DNA from: Pristiophorus japonicus
Lineage: Eukaryota
DNA length: 64,000 nucleotides
Assembly: GCF_044704955.1 (NCBI RefSeq)
Contig: NC_091995.1
Coordinates: 54,994,001-55,058,000, forward strand
Reading direction: 5' to 3'
The notes beneath the pieces were generated by a model. That model was not told the origin of the DNA and made no database searches. It saw only the letters and a program-made list of their open reading frames with translations. Positions 9,628 to 21,254 of the stretch are shown here, one piece after another; position 1 is the stretch's first letter, and every line of letters begins with the position of its first letter. The translations under genes were made by a program, and so were the position numbers.

Positions 9628-12067
9628 CCCGAACGATCAGTACTCAGCAAAGGCCTGAGTTTCGTTCGCTTAAGCCCCCACCTCAATGAATTATAACCTC
9701 GGCACGATGCTGAGCTCGTTTTCCACCGCCCTCGTCTCCCACCGCCCTCGTCTCCATGCCCACTTCTTCGGGCCCCTGCACAGCTGATCCTTTCTCCCGT
9801 TTTCAGAATTTTCACTCTATCTGGACCCCTTCCTCTGGCCTCTTACCCACTCTAGACCTCTTCATTGCCCACTGCCGATGAGACATCGCCGTCTCAATTT
9901 CTCTGCTGCCCTCACTCACTCCAACCTATGTCCCTCTGAACTTGCAGCACTCCATTCGCTCAGATCTAATCCTAACCTTGTCATCAAACCTGCTGACAAG
10001 GGTGGCGCTGTTATTGTTTGGCGAACTGACTTCTGCCTTGCAGAGGCTGATCGCCAACTCTCTGACACCCCCTCCTGGAACATGACTCTACTACTGAACA
10101 TCAAGCTATAATTTCCCAGACCGTCACTGACCTCATCTCCTCTGGAGATCTTCCCTCCACAGCCACCAACCTCATAGTTCCCCAACCCCGCACAGTGCGC
10201 TTCTACCTCCTTCCCAAGATCCACAAACAGGACTGCCCCGGGTAGACCCATCGTTTCAATCTGTTGTTGCCCCACTGAACTTATTTCTTCCTATCTCAAC
10301 TCTATTTTTTCTCCCCTTGTCCATTCTCGTCCCACCTACATCCGCAACTCCTCCGACGCCCTCCGTCACTTTAACAGTTTCCAGTTTCCCGGCCCCAATT
10401 GTCTCCTTTTCACCATGGACGTCCAATCCCTCTACACTTCCATCCCTCACCAGGATGGCCTGAGGGCGCTCTGCTTCTTCCTCGAGCAGAGGCCCAACCT
10501 GTCCCCATCCACCATCACCTTCCTCTGCCGGGCTGAACTTGTTCTCACATTGAACAACTTTTCCTTTAACTCCACTCACTTCATCCAAATGAAAGGTGTA
10601 TGGGAACCCGCATAGGTCCTAGCTATACCTGCCTTTTCGTGGGATATTGGAATATTTTTGTTCCAGTCCTACTCGGGTCCCCTCCCTCACCTCTTTTCCC
10701 GGTACATCGGTGCCGTTTCTTGCTCTTGCCCTGAACAATTTCCACTCTTCCCTCATCTTCACATGGTCCATCTCCGACTTTTCCCTTCCCTTCCTCGACT
10801 TCTTCATCTTCTTCTCTGGGGATGGGCTATCGACCAGTATCCACTATAAGCCCACTGACTCCCACAGCTACCTGGACTACACTTCCTCCCACTCCACATC
10901 CTGTAAGGACTCCATTCCATTCTCCCAGTTTCTCCGTCTCCATCGCATCTGCTCTGACGACGCCACCTTTCCCACTAGTGCCTCTGACATGTCTTACTTT
11001 TTCCTCAACAGAGGATTCCCCTCCGCCGTAGTTAACATGGCCCTCGACCGTGTCTGTTATATTCCCCTCCCTCTCAGGACCATGACAGGGTTCCCCTTAT
11101 CCTCATCTTTCACCCCCTCCAGCCTCCACATTCAACGGATCATCCTCCGCCATCTCCAGCGTGATCCCACCACCAATCACATCTTCCCCTCCCCTCTCAG
11201 CATTCCGAAGGGACCGCTCCCTCCGCGACACCCTGGTCAATTCCGCAGTCACCCCCAATACCCCCTCCCCTTCCCATGCAAGCACAGGAGATGCAACACC
11301 AGCCCTTTTACCTCTTCCTTTCCCACTATCCAGGGCCCCAAATACTCCTTCCAGGTGAAATAGCGATTTACTTGTACTTCTTTCAATTTAGTATACTGTA
11401 CTCGCTGCTCACGATGTGGTCAACTCTACATTGGGGAGACCAAGTGTAGATTGGGTGACTGCTTTGCGCAGCACCTCCGTTCAGTCCGCAAGTGTGACCC
11501 TGAGCTTCCAGTCGCCTGTCACTTTAATTCTCCACTCCATTCCCACGCTGACCTCTCTGTCCTCGGTCTCCTGCACTGTTCCAATGAAGCTTAACGCAAG
11601 CTCGAGGAACAGCACATCATCTTTCGTGTAGACACTTTACAGCCTTCTGGACTCAACATCGAACGCAACAATTTCAGAGAATAACCGCTGCTAATCTCCC
11701 TTTCCTCCCCCCACTCTCAGAACCTGTTGCTTTCTTTCATTTTCTCTCCTTGTCTCTGATGGAAATTTATCATAATCCCACCATTCACACCCTATCTTGA
11801 CTAATGTTTTTCTAACTCCTGGCATTACCATTTGAATTTGGGCCATCAACCCTTTTGTCTCTCTAATCTCTCCTGTCTTCCACCCTATCACAGACCTTCC
11901 CTTTTGTTCTTTCTTCTGTGTGCATGTTCCCTATCTCTGTGTACAGGTACCCTAACTCTGTGTATATGTACCCTAGCTCTGTGTCCGTGTTCCCTATCTG
12001 TGTGTACATGTACCCTAACTCTGTACAGGCCTGTAACTATATGACTCTAGGCGTTGCTGCTCCCTTG

Positions 12068-12260
12068 CTTTCACTTTGACCGACCCACCCTCACTCTCCC
12101 GATTCACAAACTGTTCTGAGGTCTTTTACCCGGTGACCGATGACTCGCTGCAGCAGAATATTGCCATTGGGTTAGTGGGCGGGGCGGAGCGCGGCCGGTC
12201 TTGCTGTGATTGGTGGCCCGGCGCTTGTTTGTTGCATTTCAGTCAGGAGCCCAGGAAGTG
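12068..12260 (+). promoter_or_regulatory. B2M: B2M proximal promoter: ISRE, S, X1/X2, Y boxes, GC box, second CCAAT, ETS site; CpG-rich, no clear TATA
   Basis: CTTTCACTTT 12068-12077. S-like CAAACT 12107-12112, then 16 nt to X1 CCCGGTGACCGATG 12129-12142. X2 TGACTCG 12141-12147. ATTGG 12166-12170. GGGCGGGGCGG about 12177-12187. ATTGG 12209-12213. CAGGAAGTG 12252-12260. Confidence 0.8.
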
Positions 12261-12338
12261 AGGAGCAGAAGGGATCGGAGCGGAGAGTGTGAAGCCGGAG
12301 CGGACCCTGAACTTGAGCCCGAGAGAGCTGCAGCCACC

Positions 12339-12387
12339 ATGCTGAAGATCGCGATCTTCACCTCGGTCCTGGCCCTGTGCCTGGCGA
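12339..12387 (+). CDS. B2M: Beta-2-microglobulin exon 1 (signal peptide MLKIAIFTSVLALCLA)
   Basis: Kozak GCCACCATG, hydrophobic leader, phase-1 donor A|GTAAGT matching the exon 2 phase. Confidence 0.88.
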
Positions 12388-12459
12388 GTAAGTGAGCTCA
12401 GTGTTTAAGGGGCCCGGGGTCAGCGCGGAGTTTGGGAAAGAATGTAAACCAGATACGAC

Positions 12460-13045
12460 CACAGTGCTCTTCCTCAGTCCCATTCCCCATCCACAGTGCC
12501 CTCTCCCTCAGTCCCATTACCCATCCACAGTGCCCTCTCCCTCAGTCCCATTACCCATCCACAGTGCCCTCTCCCTCAGTCCCATTACCCATCCACAGTG
12601 CCCTCTCCCTCAGTCCCATTACCCATCCACAGTGCCCTCTCCCTCAGTCCCATTACCCATCCACTGTGCCCTCTCCCTCAGTCCCATTACCCATCCACAG
12701 TGCCCTCTCCCTCAGTCCCATTACCCATCCACAGTGCCCTCTCCCTCAGTCCCATTACCCATCCACAGTGCCCTCTCCCTCAGTCCCATTACCCATCCAC
12801 TGTGCCCTCTCCCTCGGTACCATTCCCCAAGCACTGTGCCCTCTCTCAGTCCCATTCCCCATCCACAGTGCCCTCTCCCTCAGTCCCATTACCCATCCAC
12901 TGTGCCCTCTCCCTCGGTACCATTCCCCAAGCACTGTGCCCTCTCTCAGTCCCATTCCCCATCCACAGTGCCCTCTCCCTCAGTCCCATTCCCCAAGCAC
13001 TGTGCCCTCTCCCTCAGTCCCATTGCCCATCCACTGTGCTCTCCT
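12460..13045. repeat. 34-bp minisatellite in B2M intron 1
   Basis: CACAGTGCCCTCTCCCTCAGTCCCATTACCCATC, about 17 copies with variants. Confidence 0.95.
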
Positions 13046-13627
13046 TTAGACTCAATCCTTCACAGCATAACAGTAGAATGAGCCTTGACACAGTGTAGGG
13101 AGCAGTGAATGAAGGTCACTACGTTTATAGCGAACAGGAATGGTGGAGGACCCCATTACTTATTGAAGGGGGTGCACTGTGGAAGGCTGATGTTTGGACA
13201 ATACTTTATTGTCTCCAGATAATGTTCTGTTGAATTTATGAAGCCCCCATCCCCAGTACAGATTCCCCTGCCTGCTGATCGTAGCGACGGCGTAAGTGTG
13301 TTTGTGCAGTTGATGTGAGTTTGATGCAAACAGTGAACAGGGAAGCCATAGCCAAGGGGGTGGGGTTTGTGCTGTTACGACACAGTGACCAGAGTTCTCC
13401 CATGAGAATTGCGCATTTCTTTCACCAGAACATTTCATTATCTCCAAACTCCCCTTCACTTTGCTCCAGGTAACAGTTCAACCTTTGACTTTCGTCTTCT
13501 CGCACTGTTTATTTTGTTTCCAGTATCCTGTACTTTTTGCCACTTTCACACTGCTTTTTCACCCGTCTCTCTATCTTCTACTTTTGTTTCTGTTAAGTGT
13601 CTGTTGTCTCCATCATTGGGGCTCAGA

Positions 13628-13856
13628 CCCCAGTCAGTGTCGGATATCTCCCAGTCCCAGTGTTTGTGAGTTCCCAGTCAGTGTAGGATATCTCCCAGTC
13701 CCAGTGTCTGGGATATCCCAGTTGGTGTAGGATATCTCCCAGTCCTGGTGTTGGGATATCCCACTCAGTGTAGGATCCCAGTCTCGGTATCTGGGAGTTC
13801 CCAGTCAGTGTTGACTAGTTCCCAGTCCCAGAGTCTGGGAGTTCCCAGTCAGTGTT
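13628..13856. repeat. Degenerate CCCAGTC/GGATATCT minisatellite near the end of B2M intron 1
   Basis: Recurring CCCAGTCAGTGT and GGATATCTCCCAGTC. Confidence 0.75.
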
Positions 13857-13918
13857 GGTGATGGATTGGAATCAGTTGCTGTTAAATTACACTCACTCTG
13901 TCCCTCCTGTGTCTCTAG

Positions 13919-14191
13919 ATGCTCCACAAGTACATGTCTATACCCACACCCCCCCAAAGGAAGGTGAATCAAATGTTCTGCTGTGCCATGCCAAAGATTT
14001 CAGCCCACCCAACATCCAGCTGGAGCTGTTGGAGAATGGAATCATCATACCCAATGCCAACCAGTCTGACCTCTCCTTCGAGACAGACTGGAGCTTCAAG
14101 CTCACCACGTTTGTGCACTTTGTCCCCAAGAACAACGTGAAGTATGTCTGCAGGGTGCAACACAACGGCGACAGCAGAGAGTTTCAGCTGG
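13919..14191 (+). CDS. B2M: Beta-2-microglobulin exon 2 (C1-set Ig domain)
   Basis: APQVHVYTH...NVLLCHAKDFSPPNI...SDLSFETDWSF...YVCRVQH. Acceptor tctctag|, donor G|GTGAGT, 273 nt, phase 1-1. Confidence 0.97.
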
Positions 14192-14334
14192 GTGAGTAAT
14201 GTGTCTGTTCATCATGGATAATGTACATCAATGCACAGTGCTCCCTCTCTCACTCTCCCTCTGTGATACCAAACTCCATCCAATACATAATGTGGTAAAC
14301 ACAGACTCCTCCTCAACTGAACATGTGACAGTAA

Positions 14335-14562
14335 TCCTCCATTAGATTGCAGCCTGTAACTCACTGCAGGTTTCCATTATTCAGTATACACACCATCTGA
14401 TTCCCTCCACTGGATTCCAGCTTGTAACTCACTGCAGGTGTCCATTATTCAGTATATATGCCATTCTACGCCTCGATTATATAAACCATCTGATTCCCTC
14501 CACTAGATTGCAGCCTGTAACTCACTGCAGGTGTCCATTATTCAGTATATACACCATCTGAA
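14335..14562. repeat. Three copies of a unit of about 68 bp in B2M intron 2
   Basis: TGTAACTCACTGCAGGT.TCCATTATTCAGTATA x3. Confidence 0.8.
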
Positions 14563-14689
14563 CCCCTTGGAAAATTAAATGTATACCTTTACCCTTGAAT
14601 AAAGAGTATGTTTATTTGATATAACCTGCCCATGATCAGGTTAAACTGACCAAGTTCCTGTGGCTCAGTAGTTTCATGAAACCTTCAAG

Positions 14690-14997
14690 CTTTGAGCACA
14701 GCAAGATGCCACAAACAGTAATGTGATGGTGACCAGATGGGTGTTGGTTGAGGGCTAAATATTGGAGAGAATGCCCTTGGTCTTCGAAATAATGCTTTGG
14801 GATCTTTTAAGTCCACTTGAGAGGGTTCGGGGCTTCGGACTAATGTCTGATCCGAAAAATGGCACCTCCAACAAAGTAGCTCTCCCTCAGTACTGCACTC
14901 AAGTGTCAGCCTTGTTTCTGTGCTCCAGTCTCTGGAGTGGGGTTTGAATCCACAGCCATGTGACTGAGGCTAGAGTGCTACCCACTGAGCCTCGGCT
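14690..14997 (-). mobile_element. tRNA-derived Deu-domain SINE (SacSINE1-like), degraded
   Basis: Minus strand has A box GGCTCAGTGG, B box GGATTCAAACCC, then AGTGCAGTACTGAGGGAG...GGAGGTGCCATTTTTCGGATCAGAC resembling the Deu core. Confidence 0.7.
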
Positions 14998-15263
14998 AAC
15001 ATCTAAAATAATGTGCTGTGATACGTTGGCACTCTGGATAGAATCTCTGTACAGTGCTTGCGAAGGTGCTGACCTATACACCTAACTCATTTACCTTGGC
15101 AGGTTTCTTTCAGGGATAACATTTTTGGGATACAGGGACATAATGTGTAGTGTGCTTGGGAGGAACGTTGGATTTATGGTTCCCAAAGTTCACCACCACT
15201 GGGTCTTTCCTCACCTCCTGTCTGGTCACAGACTAATGACGTTTCTTTTTGTTTCTCCCACAG

Positions 15264-15274
15264 ACAGCTACTAG
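15264..15274 (+). CDS. B2M: Beta-2-microglobulin exon 3 coding part (D-S-Y-stop); exon extends to 15289
   Basis: Branch point CTAAT, long pyrimidine tract and cacag|ACAGCTACTAG, giving ...EFQLDSY*. Donor GAG|GTAAGC at 15290, like the short exon 3 of other B2M genes. Confidence 0.92.
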
Positions 15275-15911
15275 CCTGTCACAGCCGAGGTAAGCAGTGT
15301 CTCCCAGCACACAGCTGGTTACTGAAGGGACATGCTCCAGCACAACGTTCAAATGCCAGACCCTTTTTTCTTTGTGATTGGCTACCACTGGACACCACAG
15401 TGAGACTCTTAAACGAATCGACTGGGGGGCAAATCATCTTCAAATGTAAACTTTTAGCATGAATAAATAAACTGATACCGGCATTGATCTGATCCTTTAA
15501 ACGACTTGTGTGATGGGAAGTAAGTTTGCTTTTGGTTCTGTAATCTCTGCAATTCTACGTGCTCATTTCTGAGATAGTTTTAGCTTCTTGTCCAGCTCAG
15601 CCTGTGAAATTTGAAGTGCCGACTCACTTGATTTGAAATTTGCCTCCACAAGGACCAGGTTACCCTTCAAATTAAAACATGAGCGAGAAAGGCCCAGTCA
15701 AACTCTCGGCCGAGAGATTGAAATGTCGCCTCATTATCTGAGACCAGGAGGGGGAGGGTATTCGAAGCTGAACCTGGGTCACTCAATCACTTGGTTTAGT
15801 TCTGAAGCTTCAGTTGCCCTGAAATGTGAGCGGTAGATGCACATCTTATGCACTGCTCTGTAACCGAGCACCCCACACAGCAGCGGTTGCAGCAACTTGT
15901 GCCTGTACCAG

Positions 15912-15948
15912 CCAGCTCCCAGCTCCCAGCTCCCAGCTCCCAGCTCCC
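15912..15948. repeat. (CCCAGCT)n heptamer microsatellite
   Basis: About 5 tandem copies. Confidence 0.9.
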
Positions 15949-16789
15949 ATCCGGGGCTCTGGATATTGGGTTTCTGTTCTGTCTGGAACACCTCGGGTTA
16001 GTACCCTCCAACCTGCTGATTACTTACCCTGGGAATCCCTGCATTGGGTGAGGGGAAATCTTGGCTTAGTTCACTGTTTTGAGTTGCGGGGGGCTCAGTT
16101 TTCATACCTGGACTTGGCCTGAAACGGAGATGAGCACCGCATACATTAACTTTTACAAATGCCGTCTAAAACCATAGCCTACATATGACGCCCAACACTG
16201 ATTATCGTATTTTTGCAACGGGGAATAGTTGAATTTAGAGGGTATAGTGCTGTTAATAATAATGATTAGCTTCCAATTTCATGTAATGGGTGCACAATTC
16301 TCTGCTGTTCTTTGTATGCTCATTGGTGTCAATAAAATATTCTTCCTTATCTTGTTGTTTTCTCATTTCTCGCCCCTGTTTGATCCTGAAACAAGCATTA
16401 GTGTCGGTAATCCCAGATTTATGCCCAGGTTCCAGGTTAAATGTAGCAGCCTAGAAAGGACAGAGGGTAGCCACTAGCTTCCCTCATTGAGGCATTGACC
16501 CCTCTACTTATAGCGATATTTTTAGGTGTTTTCAGAGGTCAGTTTGTATAGAAAACAATCTTGGAAAGGAATACATCACCCCAGTTATTTCCTGCTATTT
16601 TATTCTGATCTTTGGGTGAGGAGGAGCTGTGGAGCCTGCAATGGGCGGGGCCAGGCAGCTGCCAATCAGAATAAACACCGAGGCCTAGTTGGACCACAGA
16701 TCGTAGCTGGACAGCAGCTCATGGTCAGAACCATACCCAGGGCCAGAACCATATCCAGGGCCAATTATCAAGCCAATCAGGCAGAAACA

Positions 16790-17312
16790 TTACAACAACA
16801 AATTGCAATTATATAGCGCCTTTAACATAGTAAAACATACCACGGCACTTCACAGGTTACGTTTTGTTTCATAATGCTCTTAAGACAATTTTATGGCAAA
16901 TGGCCAAAAGCTTAGTCAAAGAGGTAGGTTTTAAGGAGTGTTTAAAGAAGCGAGAGGTTTAGGGAGGGAATTCCAGAGCTCAGGGCCTAGGTAGCTGAAG
17001 GCCAAGGGTGGAGCGATTAAAATCGGGGACGTGCAAGAGGCCAGAGTTGGAGGAGCACAGATATCTGGAGGAGGTTGCAGGGATAGTGAGGGGCGAGGCC
17101 ATGGAGGGATTTGAAAACCAGGATGAGAATTTTAAAATTGAGGTGTTGCTTAATTGGGAGATAATTTCGGTCAGCGAACACAGGGGTGATGGATCAATGG
17201 GACTTGGTGCAGCAATATTTTGGAGAAGCTAAACTTTATGGAGGGTAGAAGATGGGAGGCAGGTTGGAACAGAATTGGAATAGACAAGTCAGAAGGTAAC
17301 AAAGGCATAGAT
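16790..17312 (-). mobile_element. L2-type LINE 3' fragment, degraded
   Basis: (CAA)n tail and TATATAGCGCC terminus; homologous to the reverse complement of 40200-40643. Confidence 0.7.
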
Positions 17313-17829
17313 TATATAAACACAAGCAAATGTCTATGTAACAGCTGCAATTCTGGGCTGGTGGCCTGTTAACAGAGTTACATGGCAGTAAGCTAAAGGT
17401 TCCTGGGTTCAAAGGAAGCCCAGGTGGGGTGAGATAAATCGGTCTCTAGTTGGAAGGGTCCCATACAAGATGGGATGCAACAGCATAGGTGCTGTCACGT
17501 TGCAATGGTAGAATGCCTTTTGAGGTTGGGAATGTATAGTGAGACATTTACACTGCACCTGACCTACAACTGCTTAATACACAGGGTGCAGGAAATGGCA
17601 AAGGCTTTCACTGAACAGTTACAACACTCCTACATTTGATTAAAAGGAAATTTTTCAATGCAAAGGAATTTTGCTTGTGTGAGGATTTGAACCCAGCGTT
17701 TGCGACAGCACATAGATGCACAGAAGTTCCATCACATGACTGGGAGACCCTGGGCAGTGACCATCAGTATCATTGATCACATCACTGGGAGTGAGGTCAC
17801 AGGTTAAACAGTATACAGCAAAACTGCAG

Positions 17830-18395
17830 TCTTTCCACCATCTACAAGGCACAAGTCAGGAGTGTGATGGAATACTCTCTACTTGCCCTGGATGAGTGCA
17901 GCTCCAACAACACTCAAGAAGCTTAGCAGCATCCAGGACAAAGCAGTCCGCTTGATTGGCACCCCATCTACCACCTTAAACATTCACTCCCTCCACCACT
18001 GGCGCACCATGGCTGCAGTAAAAACCATCTACTAGATGCACTGCAGCAACTCGCCACGACTTCTTCAGCAACACCTCCCAAACCCGTGACCTCTAACACC
18101 TCCCAAACCCGTGACCTCTAACACCTAGAAGGACGAGGGCAGCGCCGCATGGTAACATCATCACCTGCAAGTTCCCCTCCAAGTTACACACAATCCTGAC
18201 TTGGAAATTTATCGCCGTTCCTTCATCGTCGCTGGGTGAAAACTCCCTCCCTAACTCTGGGAGTCCCTTCACAACAGGGATTGCAGTGTTTCATGAGGAA
18301 GGCTCACCACCATTCTTCTTGAGAGCAATTAGGGATAGGCAATAAATGCTGCGCTTGCCAGCGACGCCCACGTCCTAGGAGCGAATAATAAAAAA
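17830..18395 (+). mobile_element. LINE 3' fragment (CR1/L2 group)
   Basis: IYKAQVRSVMEYS-type RT C-terminus; tail GGCAATAAATGCTG...GCCAGCGACGCCCAC...AATAATAAAAAA. Confidence 0.7.
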
Positions 18396-18399
18396 GTAA

Positions 18400-19062
18400 G
18401 TGAGTGAGATCACAGGTTAAACATTGTACAGTACACTGTTTAACCTATAATCTCACTCAGACTGTAGTTATACTGTACACTGTTTAACCTATAATCTCAC
18501 TCATAGACTGTAGTTATACTGTACACTGTTTAACCTGTGATCTCTCATAGACTGTAGTTATACAGTTTAACCTGTGATCTCACTCATAGACTGTAGTTAT
18601 ACTGCACACTGTTTAACCTGTGATCTCACTCATAGACTGTAGTTATACTGCACACTGTTTAACCTGTGATCTCACTCATAGACTGTAATTATACTGTACA
18701 CTGTTTAACCTGTGATCTCACTCCCAGACTGTGTAGCTGTGCTGTACATTGTTCAACCTGTGATCTCACTCCCGGACTGTAGTTATACTGTACACTGTTT
18801 AACCTGTGATCTCACTCAAAGACTGTAGTTAAACTGCACACTGTTTAACCTGTGATCTCACTCCCAGATTGTAGTTATACTGTACACTGTTTAATCTATG
18901 ATCTCACTCGTAGACTGTAGTTATACTGTACACTATGAGTGAGATCACAGGTTAAACAGAGTACAGTATAACTACAGTCTGGGATGAGATCACAGGTTAA
19001 GCAGTGTACAGTATAACTACAGTCTACGAGTGAGATCATAGGTTAAACAGTGTACAGTATAA
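18400..19062. repeat. 46-bp minisatellite with an internal inversion; resumes at 36598-36965
   Basis: GACTGTAGTTATACTGTACACTGTTTAACCTGTGATCTCACTCATA; orientation flips near 18430 and 18935. Confidence 0.9.
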
Positions 19063-21254
19063 CTTCGCAAGTAGAGTGAGGAATTTTGTGAGTGCAGGAG
19101 TTCGGTGGAGAGGAGGAAGGCGGTGGGGACATCTGACTGAAAAGGAGGAGTGCAGCCACAGAGCCCAAGGTCTGTAAGTTAATAGACATGAGAGCAGACC
19201 TGTGGGACAGTGAGAGGGGCAGCTGCAGATAAAGGTAGGCCCAAGAGCCCAGAGGGAATGCCAGTGTCAGGGAGCGAGGGAAGTGATGTCGGCGCAAGGG
19301 AAGGAGCTGATTGGTGAGTAGTGGTGGTTGTTTTTTTTTTAAGTCTTAAGTAACGTAACAGAAATAAACTTAAGAAAAAGAAGTTTGTTAATAGTCGAAT
19401 AAATAAAGCCATGGCAAGGCAGCTCAGTCCAGCACCTCCTGTGCCATGTGGGAACTCCAGGACGCTTCCCATGTCCTGGACATGTGTGCAGGAGGTGTCG
19501 TCAGCTGGAGGAGCGCGAGCTCTGGGTTTTGGAGCTTGAGCAGCAGTTGGCGTCACTGCGATGCATCCGCGAGACTGAGAGCTATGTGGATAGCCCGTTT
19601 CACCCCGCAGCTGAGGAGTGAGCAGGCAGAGAGGGAATGGGTGACCGCCGGGCAGGTAGTGCATCTCGCTCTCCAACCAGTATTCTGTTCTGAGTACTGG
19701 TGAGGACAACGGTTCCTCTGGGGAATGCAGCCACATCCAAGTCAATGGCACCACAGGTGTCAGCTGTACAGGGGCGAGGAGGAAGATGGGGGAAGCAATA
19801 GTGGTAGGGGATTCGATAGTCAGTGGAGCAGACAGGCGTTTCTGCAGCCGCAGACGTGATTCCAGGATGGTATGTTGCCTCCCTGATGCCAGGGTCAAGG
19901 ATGTCACTGAACGGCTACAACATATTCTGAGGGGGGAAGAGTGAACAACCAGAGGTTGTGGTCCATATTGGTACCAACGACATAGGTAGAAAGAGGGATC
20001 AGGTCCTGCATGCAGGGTTTAGGGAGCTAGGAAAGAGATTTTAAAAACAGGACATCAAAAGTAGTAATTTCTGGATTATTCCCGGTGCTACGCGCAAGTG
20101 AGTACAGAAATAGGAGGACAGAGCAGATGAATGCGTGGGTGGAGAGTTGGTGCAGGAGGGAGGGCTTTAGATTCTGGGGGCATTAGGGCCTGTTCTGGGG
20201 GAGGTGGGACCTGTACAGGCCAAACAGGTTGCACCTCAACAGAGCCGGTGCCTTTCGGGGAGGTTTGCTAGTGCTGTTGGGAAGGGTTTAAACTAAGTTG
20301 ACAGGGGGATGGGCACCAGGCTGTAGCATTAGAAAGGAGGAACAAAGGGCACAAAGGATTGGGAGAGATGGATAGCACTAAAGCAAGAAATAGTACTGTA
20401 TTAGGTGAGGCAGACTAAGAGAGAACACAGGATGGCCTAAGATGGGTTTACAGTGAACGCACAAAGCGTAGTAAACAAGGTTGGTGAGCTGCAGGCGTAA
20501 ATGATGTCATGGCAATAACAGAGATCTGGCTCAAAAAGGTGCAGGATTGGGTATTAAATATTCCTGGATATGGGATATTTAGGGAAAGAAAGGAGGTGGT
20601 GTGGCAGTATTGGTTAAAGAGAATGATACAGTGCTGGAGAGAGAGAATGCCCTGGAGGGGGTCAAGGACAGAATCTATATGGCTACAGTTAAGAAATAAT
20701 AAGGTGCCATTACACCACGAGGTGTATTCTATAGACCACCAAATATGTGGGAAAGATATAGAGGAGCAAATTTGCCGAGAAATTACAGAGAGGTGCAAGA
20801 ACTACAGAGTAGTGATAATGGAGGACTTCATCTATCCTAGTATAGACTGGGATAATAATAGTGTAAAGGGCAGCGAGGGGGAAGAATTTCTGAAGTGTGT
20901 TTAAGAGAACTTTCTTGATCAGTACGTTTCTGGCCCGACGAGGAAGGAGGCATTGCTGGATCTGGTTATGGGGAATGAGGTGGGTCAGGTGGAGCAGTTG
21001 TCAGTAGGTGAACATTTAGGGAACAGTGATCATAAGGTTTAGATTAGTGATGGAAAAAGACAGAGCAATCCAGAGTAAAAATACTTAATCGGAGGAAGGC
21101 AAATTTCAGTGGGATGAGAACAGATCTGGCCCGGGTGAACTGCAATCAAAGATTAGCAGGCAAAACTGTAGTTCGGGTACAGTCAAGGTACATTCCCACT
21201 CGAGGGAAAGGTAGGGCAACTAAAGTCAGAGCTCCTTGGCTGACAAGAGAGATA

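Larger units (their letters stand above)
7356..11914 (+). mobile_element. Penelope-like element (degraded RT + GIY-YIG ORF) in partial-tandem/pseudo-LTR arrangement, interrupted by a CR1
   Basis: IKPADKGGAV, FYLLPKIHK, MDVQSLYTSIPH, VLTLNNFSFN, LPFLD, YKPTD motifs. GIY-YIG region CSRCGLLYIGETK...FAEH...CHFN present twice (about 7470-7720 and 11355-11600). 3' sequence 8356-8690 is repeated at 11615-11914. Confidence 0.85.

Noticed and set aside
12460-13045. Repeated CACAGTG/CACTGTG (RAG RSS heptamer) in B2M intron 1
   Set aside because: No ACAAAAACC-like nonamer at 12 or 23 bp; it is just part of the minisatellite unit.
12392-13098. 200-229 aa Pro/Ser/His ORFs
   Set aside because: Translations of a stop-free 34-bp minisatellite within an intron.
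13285-13314. Possible B2M micro-exons (ag-CGACGGC-gtaagt; ag-TTGAT-gtgagt)
   Set aside because: Combinations with the exon 1 donors that I tried give a frameshift or an in-frame stop.
14930-14997. tRNA gene
   Set aside because: The A/B boxes belong to a SINE head; no cloverleaf, and a Deu-like body follows.
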